From the NCBI GenBank assembly GCA_043747815.1, contig JAYTOL010000262.1:1-32000 (forward strand): a stretch of DNA of 32,000 nt. The letters are read 5' to 3'. The notes under the pieces are model-generated. The model did no database searches and was not told the origin of the DNA. It saw nothing but the letters and a program-made list of their open reading frames with translations. The stretch's first letter is position 1. Every line of letters begins with the position of its first letter. Both the position numbers and the translations under genes were made by a program. Shown here one piece after another: positions 18,810 through 25,819 of this stretch. The stretch is from Deltaproteobacteria bacterium (lineage in GTDB: Bacteria; Myxococcota_A; Polyangia; Polyangiales; Polyangiaceae).

Positions 18810-19057
18810 CCGCTCATGTCACGCTGCTCACGATTACGTCGCTCATCAATCTCTTGCTCGCTGCCGGCTCGTGTCACTCGTTTAAGCCCGCCCTACCGAA
18901 AGTCAACTGCCGGTCGGCCACGCCGTCCGCCCGCGACGTGACGCGCACGTTGCCGAGAACCCGAAACCTGTCCGGGCGATCGCGGCCAAGATCGCGCTGG
19001 GAGAAAGGGGCTGCTTCACCCTGAGCTCGCCGTAGTGCTGGCCTCTGTCGCTGTGTG

Positions 19058-19098
19058 TTTCCGACGCTGTGCATTTCCGACGCTGTGCATTTCCGACG
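19058..19098. repeat. 2.6 x 16-nt tandem repeat (TTTCCGACGCTGTGCA, two perfect copies plus TTTCCGACG)
   Basis: Direct reading. The preceding GTCGCTGTGTG (19047-19057) resembles the unit tail. Confidence 0.9.
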
Positions 19099-19219
19099 TT
19101 CCGGACCTGTGAATTACCTGCGCTGGGTTCCGAAGGCGGCTTTCTGCAACCGGCTTCCTGCAGCGATGAGCTCCGCAGCCCTCGAACGATCTGGGTCGAG
19201 CCATCACTCAGCGACCTAT

Positions 19220-19294
19220 GATCCAACGCTGTTCCGATCCCAATCCTGCGATCCAACACTCTGACCCAACCGCGGTCCTCACTCAACCTGCTCC
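19220..19294. repeat. Array of five imperfect GAYCCAAC-type motifs at 13-18 nt spacing
   Basis: GATCCAACGCTGTTCC / GATCCCAATCCTGC / GATCCAACACTCT / GACCCAACCGCGGTCCTC / ACTCAACCTGCTCC. Confidence 0.7.
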
Positions 19295-19464
19295 GAACGG
19301 CCTTACGTTGAAACCACGGCTTCGCACGCACCGCCGCCGACGACTTGGTTTGTGCCGCGAGCCATTCCGCTGATCGCCACATCCTGCCCTCGAGCGACCC
19401 CGGAGCGGCTGAAGCAGCTCGCGCGGACGTTGCCGTTGCAGCACTGAGCCTTCAACTCCCGATT

Positions 19465-19488
19465 CGGATCATGATGCGGATCATTTTG
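19465..19488. repeat. 2 x 12-nt tandem repeat (CGGATCATGATG / CGGATCATTTTG)
   Basis: Direct reading. Confidence 0.8.
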
Positions 19489-19646
19489 ATACGAGTGACC
19501 GCCGGCGTTCGGCGTTAGAGGCAAATGGTTAGGGCGTTCTGTAGCCGAATGCACACCGAGCCCATGCAGGGGCAGCCACACAGAGTCTCCGGCGCTTGCT
19601 GCGCCTAAGGCAGTTGTGGAGCAGTTCACCGCCTGCACCGACGTTG

Positions 19647-19694
19647 CTTTCAACGGGTTCGCCTTTCAACCGGTTCTACGTGCAACGGGGTATA
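19647..19694. repeat. 3 x 16-nt tandem repeat (CTTTCAACGGGTTCGC / CTTTCAACCGGTTCTA / CGTGCAACGGGGTATA)
   Basis: Direct reading. The third copy is degenerate. Confidence 0.75.
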
Positions 19695-19735
19695 CTTGCG
19701 ACGACGTGCCGGGAGATGTGCCCGCTCCGCGGTAC

Positions 19736-19765
19736 CTCTCAAACCAACATCTCTCAAACCACCCC
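19736..19765. repeat. 2 x 15-nt tandem repeat (CTCTCAAACCAACAT / CTCTCAAACCACCCC)
   Basis: Direct reading. Confidence 0.85.
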
Positions 19766-20571
19766 GGTGATGAACCGAGGCACTGCGCAGCGCTCTTGAA
19801 CAAGACGGCCTTGAACTAAACAGGTTCGTATTCGACGGACGCCCCGCCACGACTCATCGTCCTGACCTATCAGGAGCGTCCTAGTACCTGGAGACGTAAT
19901 AGCTGGCGACTGGAAACCGAGCGCCCGAGGTAGGCCGGACTAGTAGTAGCCGGGGTAAGCAACCTCGAGATCGCCACCGCTCATTAACCTGAGATGGCCC
20001 AGGGGCATAGCGCAAAAATCTGAGCGCGCCCAGCCCTTACAGTAGATAGCACACCGGTTTCGGGGATGCGGAATAAAAATCTGAAGGCTTTGGCTTTTTG
20101 CTCTGCGCAAGCAGCGTGACCTCGGGCTCGTTCACGCTGGTTCTCGACGAACCGTGTCGGAGAAACTTTTTGGAACGTCGTTCGGCGGCTTCAGACACGT
20201 GTGCTCCCGGAGTGTTCGTAGCAGCATGATCGTACTGTCTCGGATCGCTCGAGAATTTTCACGCGCGCAATGGCTTTGCTCCTGGGATTGAGCGCGCGTT
20301 TGCCCGTTGGTGGGTGGGGGCGGAAGCGTGAGCGCTGACGTCCGTTCGCCGTCGCGACGCGATGGCATGCGCCGAGATTTGTGGGGGCGGCGGGTGCGAT
20401 CTCCGAATGGGGTCGCCTCCTCGATTGTACAGAAGTGCTGAGCACGTCAATGAGAGGCCTCTCGCCTCAGCGGCTGGGGCCCGGGTGAACCTGGTACGAA
20501 CCGAGGACACCGCAGCAGGTGGAGTGAGCTTTGGGCTGCGAAAGACCAGCGCTCCGCCCCGCTCTGGGAAC

Positions 20572-20601
20572 GAGTCGAGGCGCCGGGAGTCGAGGCGCCG
20601 C
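20572..20601. repeat. 2 x 15-nt tandem repeat (GAGTCGAGGCGCCGG / GAGTCGAGGCGCCGC)
   Basis: Direct reading, with 14 of 15 identical. Confidence 0.9.
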
Positions 20602-20731
20602 CCGCCGTAGAAGCTGCCGTGGCCTTCCGGGGCACGCTTGCCTTCCCGAGCCGCTCGGGCGCGACACGCGGTTTGGGCCAGCCCCTGCCGTCAGGTCAAT
20701 GCCTCCGGAATTTTGCAGGCCGCGGCCACTT

Positions 20732-20746
20732 TGGCAGGCGGCTTGC
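20732..20746 (+). promoter_or_regulatory. Sigma54-type -24/-12 promoter-like element (TGGCAG-N5-TTGC) upstream of ilvE
   Basis: It matches the TGGCAC-N5-TTGC consensus at the GG and GC dinucleotides with correct spacing. It lies about 90 nt upstream of the ilvE ATG. It is a single-motif match only. Confidence 0.25.
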
Positions 20747-20837
20747 GTGACCGTTGGCCTGCGAAGAGTAAAGTAGAGCGGCGCACGGCAGGAACAAACG
20801 CCTCCCTCGAGAGAGCGCGACAGGTTGGAGACGCAGC

Positions 20838-21773
20838 ATGGCAGAATATGGCTCGCGCATCTGGTTGGACGGAAACATAGTCGACCGCGAAACGGCCGGG
20901 CATGTCCCGTTGCTCACCCATACGCTGCACTATGGCGTCGGGGCGTTCGAGGGTATCCGCGCCTACCGCCGATCGGGCGGAGAGACGATGATTTTTCGGC
21001 TCGCGGATCACGTGCGGCGGCTGTTCGACTCTTGCCGCCTGGTGATGATCGAGCCCACGGTCACAGCGGAGCAGGTCTGCCAAGGTTGTGTGGACGTGCT
21101 GCGTCACAATCAGCTCGCGGCCGGGTATCTGCGCCCGCTCGTCATCCTCGGTGAGGGTGCCATGGGCTTATTTCCACAAGGTAACCCGGTCCACACCTAT
21201 ATCGCCGCCTGGGCCTGGGGTGCCTACTTGGGGCAAGACGCGCTGGAGAAGGGCATCGCCTGCAAGGTCTCGTCTTATGCGCGGCCGCATCTCAATGTAG
21301 GCTTTTCTCGCGCCAAGCTGACCGGTCAATACATCGTCTCCGTGATGGCCAAGCGAGAGGTAAAGCTCGCGGGTTATGATGAAGCCATCTTGCTCGATCT
21401 GAATGGCATGGTGGCGGAAGGTTCAGGAGAGAACATCTTCATCGTAAAAGGAGGGCGGCTGATCACGCCGCCGCTCGGCTCCTCCATCCTCGCTGGCATC
21501 ACGCGTGACACCGTGATCACCTTGGCGCGTGAAGAGGGCATTCTCGTGGTGGAACAGGGCTTCCCGCGGGACGACCTGCTGCTCGCCGATGAAGCCTTCC
21601 TCACCGGTACGGCCGCGGAGATCACGCCCGTGCGAGAGGTGGACGATCGGAAGATTGGCGACGGCGGCGTGGGGCCCGTGACGCGGCTGCTGCAGGAGCG
21701 CTACTTCGCGCTGGTGCGTGGAGCGCGTCAAGATCACCCCGAATGGCTGACCCTGGTGAGCGCTGGGGTTTGA
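20838..21773 (+). CDS. ilvE: Branched-chain amino acid aminotransferase (class IV PLP enzyme)
   Basis: 311 aa with conserved segments HYGVGAFEGIRAY, AEGSGENIFIVKGG and ILAGITRD. GGAG lies upstream of the ATG. Confidence 0.92.
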   Translation: MAEYGSRIWLDGNIVDRETAGHVPLLTHTLHYGVGAFEGIRAYRRSGGETMIFRLADHVRRLFDSCRLVMIEPTVTAEQVCQGCVDVLRHNQLAAGYLRPLVILGEGAMGLFPQGNPVHTYIAAWAWGAYLGQDALEKGIACKVSSYARPHLNVGFSRAKLTGQYIVSVMAKREVKLAGYDEAILLDLNGMVAEGSGENIFIVKGGRLITPPLGSSILAGITRDTVITLAREEGILVVEQGFPRDDLLLADEAFLTGTAAEITPVREVDDRKIGDGGVGPVTRLLQERYFALVRGARQDHPEWLTLVSAGV

Positions 21774-22432
21774 CGCCGAGCGCCACATCGCTGCGCCGCG
21801 CGGGCTTTTGGCCGATGTGCGTCGGGGCCTGGTTTTTGGCCTGCGCGTCCTCGAGCGCAACGGCACCCCGAGCACCCCGATCCGCCACACCCGCTCCGGC
21901 GGGCCCACGCGAGAGCGGCCTGTCCGCAGGGTTTCGCAGCATCGAGGCGCTGGGGCAAGGTTTGGAGATCGACTTGCCGGACGCGAGCGGCTGGCGGCGC
22001 GACGCTCGCGAGACGCAGAGCTGGGTCGCCCTGCATCGGGCTACCCAGTCGCGCTTGATCGCGCGCGCCTGGCAACACGACGCGGTCGCCCGGATCGCAG
22101 ACTGTGAACGGCAAGCGCGCCTGTGGCGGAGCGATCTGCCCGAGCTGGACTCTTCGCAGCTCGTCGAGGCGCGCGAGTTGACTCTGGCAGGCGTCTACTC
22201 CGGGCAGATCCGCGTTGGCGTCGCCGCCAGCGGCGCCGATGGGATGCGAGGCGACGTGCTGGCGTTCGGAGGCTACGGGCGCGACTGCTTGATGCTGGCG
22301 TTTACGACGCAGGCGGCGGGGCCCGGAGCCGCGCGCGTCGTGGCTGAACGCTTGAGCGTGTTCTCCGAGCTCGTGTTCGAACGCGCCCGCCGCTTGAATA
22401 TCGGCGCACGCGTCGTCGTGCCACGGCTCTGA
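21770..22432 (+). CDS. Hypothetical lipoprotein
   Basis: It has the lipobox WFLAC|ASSS. The start is uncertain. A TTG at 21770 overlaps the ilvE stop and gives a basic n-region (SLRRAGFWP). An ATG at 21815 is the alternative. I recognise no domain. Confidence 0.55.
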   Translation: MTPSATSLRRAGFWPMCVGAWFLACASSSATAPRAPRSATPAPAGPRESGLSAGFRSIEALGQGLEIDLPDASGWRRDARETQSWVALHRATQSRLIARAWQHDAVARIADCERQARLWRSDLPELDSSQLVEARELTLAGVYSGQIRVGVAASGADGMRGDVLAFGGYGRDCLMLAFTTQAAGPGAARVVAERLSVFSELVFERARRLNIGARVVVPRL

Positions 22433-22486
22433 ACGGCCGAGCTTGGGGCCCAGCCGTTTCGCGGCCGTGCGGCGCCACAGCTCGGC

Positions 22487-23776
22487 TCAGGTGTAGCCGA
22501 GCGTCAGCTGTTTCAGCTTCTCTCGGTTGCGCTTGGACTGCGCGCCGACCGCCACCACGTTCAGGCCTGATGCCGAAAAGAGCAGCCGCGCGGCCTCCAT
22601 CACCTCGTCCCGGGTGACCTGGGCGAGCTGGTCGCGCCGCTCGGCGGGGTGCTGCTGCGTGCCCGCCAGCTCCGACATCGCGAACAGGCTAGCGACCTCC
22701 TCCGGGTCGTCGAGCATCATCGAGAGCTGCCAACGGTGGCGTTGCTTGGCCTTGTCGAGCTCGGCCAGCGAGGGACCTTCGTCCCGCAGCCGCTTGACCA
22801 CGGCGAAGAGCTGCTCCAGCACCTCGGCAGCGCGCTCGTTGGCGCTGTCTGCCGAAAGATCGACCATGCCCACGTCTTCGTAGGCCTCGTAACCCGCGGC
22901 CACGTCGTAACACAGGCCGCGGCGGTCACAGATTTGCTCATACAGCCGAGTCGAGAGGCCATCGTCGAGCACCCTGACGAGCAGCTGAGTGGCGGGCTCT
23001 CTCGGGTCGAGGAAGCTCGGCGCGCGAAAGCCGACGCGCAGACACGTCTGACTTGCCGCGTGCGCCACGAACCGGAACGCCGGTACCGTTTGCGGGCTCG
23101 GAGCCTCCACCTCGAGCCGCCGACCCTGCGCCAGGCCGCCAAACAAGCGCTCCAGCTCGACCAGGATGGCCTCCGGCTCGAAGGGGCCCGCGGCCACGAT
23201 GACCGTGCTCTTGCCCACATAAAATGCGTCGTGGTGCCGGCGCAGCCGCGGCGAATCGAAATCCCGCACCTGGTCGGGCGAGCCGGTGATGGGCAGCCCG
23301 AGGGGGTGACCGGGAAACGCCACGCTGCCGAGCAGATCGTCGGCGTCGATCAAGTTACCGCCCTCGTCCAGCGTCTCGAGGATCTCCTCGTGCACGATGC
23401 CCCGCTCGATCTCGATGCCGCTCATGATCGGAGCTTGATACACCTCGCTCACGAGCGGCAGCACGGCGCCGAAGCGCTCGGGGGGCATGGCGATTTGCAT
23501 CGAGCCAAAGTCCTTCGCGGTGGCCGCCTGCAGCGTGCCTCCGAGCGTCTCGAACGCGAGCGCCTGGTCGTGGGCGCTCGGGAAGCGCGGTGTGCCGCGG
23601 TAGAGCATGTGCTCGAGGAAGTGGCTGATGCCGTTCTCCCCCGGGCTCTCGAAGCGAGAGCCGATGCGGATCTGCGCTTCGAGCACCGCGCGGTGCACAT
23701 GTGGCATCGGGATGGCCAGCAAGCGCAAGCCGTTGGCGAGCACGGTACGAATGGGCGTGAGTTCAGTTAGCTCCAA
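22487..23776 (-). CDS. M16 family (pitrilysin/insulinase-like) zinc peptidase
   Basis: 429 aa with the inverted zinc motif HxxEH (HFLEH) near the N-terminus and the two-domain M16 length. The start is TTG, with GGGAG about 10 nt upstream. Confidence 0.88.
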   Translation of the reverse strand: MELTELTPIRTVLANGLRLLAIPMPHVHRAVLEAQIRIGSRFESPGENGISHFLEHMLYRGTPRFPSAHDQALAFETLGGTLQAATAKDFGSMQIAMPPERFGAVLPLVSEVYQAPIMSGIEIERGIVHEEILETLDEGGNLIDADDLLGSVAFPGHPLGLPITGSPDQVRDFDSPRLRRHHDAFYVGKSTVIVAAGPFEPEAILVELERLFGGLAQGRRLEVEAPSPQTVPAFRFVAHAASQTCLRVGFRAPSFLDPREPATQLLVRVLDDGLSTRLYEQICDRRGLCYDVAAGYEAYEDVGMVDLSADSANERAAEVLEQLFAVVKRLRDEGPSLAELDKAKQRHRWQLSMMLDDPEEVASLFAMSELAGTQQHPAERRDQLAQVTRDEVMEAARLLFSASGLNVVAVGAQSKRNREKLKQLTLGYT

Positions 23777-23903
23777 AAGGCTCTGCTCCCGAGGCCGGTG
23801 ATGGCACGCGGCCGCTGGTTATTGGGCAATTGTGCCGTCCTGCTTTGGAGCCATCTCCGGACCAAATGGGGACGCTGTGCGGCGAGCTCGTACGAGACGG
23901 TGT

Positions 23904-25592
23904 TCAAGAGTCGTTGCCGGGGTCGGCCTTGGCTTCCAAGAAACGCTCATTGATGCTGATTTCGCTCTCGCGAGCTTTACGCAGGCGGCCCACGAACGCC
24001 GTGAGCGCTTCGGCTTCCACTTTTTCTTTGAACTCGCCGATGATGTCAGCTTTGTTCTTCTCGAAGTCCTCGCGCTTGGCCGGCTCTTTGTCTTTGAGTT
24101 GTAGCACGGCCAGGCCCTCGCGGGTCTCGATCGGCTCCGAGTAGACTTCGCCCACTTCCTTCAGGGTGAACGCCAGCTGCTTGGCGGCCGCTCCAGAGAT
24201 CGCGTTGGGAACCGGGTTGGCCACGCCCCCGCGCGAAAAGCTCGAGCTCACGTCCACCTGGGGCCGATCGCGCGACTCGAGCGCGGCCGTTTCGAGCTCG
24301 CTCGGCTTGCCGCCGGCCTTCGGCAGGCTCAGCGTGAGGGGGCTGGTGGCGATGGCGCTCGCCGTCAGCTCGTCCACGGCCTCCTGCATGCCCTTGCCGC
24401 CGGCCAGGCTGGCCTTCAAAGCCTCGGCGAACTGGCGAGTCAAAGTGTCGGCCGCGGCGCGGGCGGCCTCGGGCCGTGCCACGTACGCGCGACCCACGTT
24501 GGCGAGCTCTTCTTTCGGCACGCGCTGCTCCAGGCGCAGCAGGTGGAAGCCACGGGGGAGCTCCACGAGCTTCGACAGCTCACCGGGGGCTAGCCCCTCG
24601 ACGGCTTTGACGAGCTCCGCGCTCTCTTCGCTCTCGGTGGCCGACAAGCAGCCGCGTTTGCCGCCGTAGCTGGCGCTGGGCGCCGCGCTGTGAATGCGAG
24701 CCAGGACGTCGAAGCTCGCGGCGGATGCCTTGGCCGCCTCGCCCGCGACCCGTTCGGCGCGGGCGCGAGTCTCTTTTTCATCCTGCTCGTCTGCTGCGGG
24801 CGGGAACGCAAAGAAGATCTCGCTCACGAGCGGGCAGTTTTCAGCGTAGGTCGCTGCCTGCGCCGCAACGGCCGCGTCGATGTCGGCCGCGTGAGCCGTC
24901 ATGTGAGCGCGCAGCGCCTCTTCCGAGAGCGCCACTCCGAAACGAGCGAACCAGTCCGCCGCGAGCTGCGCCACGCGCACCGTGGCCTTGGCGCCAGCCT
25001 GCTCGAACTGCTCATAGGCCTCCGCCTCGGAGACGCGCACCGCCGTCTTGGACAAGTCGCGCATGCGGCTCGCGATCAGCTCATCGGTCTGATAGGCCTT
25101 GAAATCCTTGCTGCTCATGCGGGCGTAGTTGCGCACGACGCGCTGGTAGATCTCGAAGTTGAAGGCCTCGGTCTCCGGATGCCGGACGTTGACGTACGTC
25201 AGCATGGGCAGCTGACCGTCGCGCTCCGCGGGCAGAGAGAAGTGGAAGCGCCCGAGCGCCAGCTCGGCATCGACCTTCTCTTCGCTGATCGAGATGCCGA
25301 GGCGCTTGGCTTCGGAGATCAAGAGCTCGCGCTCCACCAGCCCTTCCAGAATCATCTTGCGGATGCCGAGGCGCTTGATCTCCTTGGGCGTCAGATCCGG
25401 CCGCACCGACATCTGAAACGCAGCCGTAAAGTCACGGGGAGCCACGCAGGCGTCGCCGACTCGGGCGGCACACTCGGCTTCGTAGTTGGACTTCGGTCCC
25501 CGGGAGTCCAGGGCGAAGGCCGCGATGATCATGAGGATGACGCCGCCCATTATAAACTGGATGACGCCGCCTTTGCGGAAGCTGTTCAGCAT
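23904..25592 (-). CDS. ppiD: PpiD/SurA-like periplasmic chaperone with parvulin-type PPIase segment, N-terminally membrane-anchored
   Basis: N-terminus MLNSFRKGGVIQFIMGGVILMIIAAFAL is typical of PpiD anchors. The middle is long and helical, like a SurA N-terminal region. A parvulin-like stretch ends in PRGFHLLRLEQR. Confidence 0.78.
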   Translation of the reverse strand: MLNSFRKGGVIQFIMGGVILMIIAAFALDSRGPKSNYEAECAARVGDACVAPRDFTAAFQMSVRPDLTPKEIKRLGIRKMILEGLVERELLISEAKRLGISISEEKVDAELALGRFHFSLPAERDGQLPMLTYVNVRHPETEAFNFEIYQRVVRNYARMSSKDFKAYQTDELIASRMRDLSKTAVRVSEAEAYEQFEQAGAKATVRVAQLAADWFARFGVALSEEALRAHMTAHAADIDAAVAAQAATYAENCPLVSEIFFAFPPAADEQDEKETRARAERVAGEAAKASAASFDVLARIHSAAPSASYGGKRGCLSATESEESAELVKAVEGLAPGELSKLVELPRGFHLLRLEQRVPKEELANVGRAYVARPEAARAAADTLTRQFAEALKASLAGGKGMQEAVDELTASAIATSPLTLSLPKAGGKPSELETAALESRDRPQVDVSSSFSRGGVANPVPNAISGAAAKQLAFTLKEVGEVYSEPIETREGLAVLQLKDKEPAKREDFEKNKADIIGEFKEKVEAEALTAFVGRLRKARESEISINERFLEAKADPGNDS

Positions 25593-25819
25593 GCTTCTCG
25601 GGTTACTTCCTGGGTGACTTTGCTACCTCGGGGACCCGCGCCGGGACCCTGTCGGTCGGCCTTTGGCCGCGACACGAGCGCCGCTGATAGCACGCCGCCC
25701 CGTGGGGTCCAACTCACGCCGGGGGCGCCGTTCTGGACGCGCTGGACGAAGCGCACGGGCTCGCTGGCCGGGCGGATTGGAGCCCTTGCAGTTGCCGCTC
25801 GGGCGTCCAGTGGACCAAC

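Larger units (their letters stand above)
18205..20837. other. ORF-poor, lower-GC, repeat-laden island; no convincing CDS on either strand
   Basis: The longest ORF is 159 aa and none carries a motif. Stops occur in all frames, including TAGTAGTAG at 19941-19949. Hand-counted GC is about 61% at 19861-19980 and about 51% at 19981-20100. A hand-counted stretch of ilvE gives about 67%. Many short tandem duplications are present. Confidence 0.6.

Noticed and set aside
19095-19110. TTCCGGACCTG (reverse complement CAGGTCCGGAA) resembling the conserved SRP RNA domain IV core
   Set aside because: Similarity ends after about 9-11 nt. The expected GGAAGCAGCC continuation and the symmetric helix are absent.
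19303-19653. 116-aa minus-strand ORF (MKATSVQAVNC...AQCCNGNVRASCF...GGGACEAVVST) considered as a small Cys-containing or RiPP-like precursor
   Set aside because: It has a TTG start whose apparent RBS is just part of the 16-nt tandem repeat. Hand-counted GC3 is about two-thirds, lower than neighbouring genes. There is no clear signal or leader architecture and no modification enzymes nearby. It is kept only as part of the island description.
19820-19950. GGTTCGTATTCGACGG and the TAGTAGTAG triple stop, which resemble a tmRNA (ssrA) 5' arm and tag-ORF end
   Set aside because: There is no GGGG 5' end pairing with a 3' CCACCA acceptor and no T-arm GGTTCGAATCC. The peptide read into the stops does not end in the hydrophobic Ala-rich tag typical of tmRNA.
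18679-20601. Possibility that the short repeats form a CRISPR array
   Set aside because: The repeat copies are directly adjacent with no spacers. Units are only 12-16 nt and each cluster uses a different unit. No cas genes are present in the window.
18205-20837. Retron, DRT-type or other reverse-transcriptase-associated repeat ncRNA, or an IS/MITE/prophage remnant
   Set aside because: No reverse transcriptase, transposase, integrase or phage-like ORF lies in or beside the island. I found no terminal inverted repeats, target-site duplication or flanking tRNA.
22436-22486. 8-bp long-range stem GCCGAGCT...AGCTCGGC between convergent genes, considered as a terminator
   Set aside because: The loop is about 35 nt and there is no U-tract, so it is not a canonical intrinsic terminator. 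It may be incidental.
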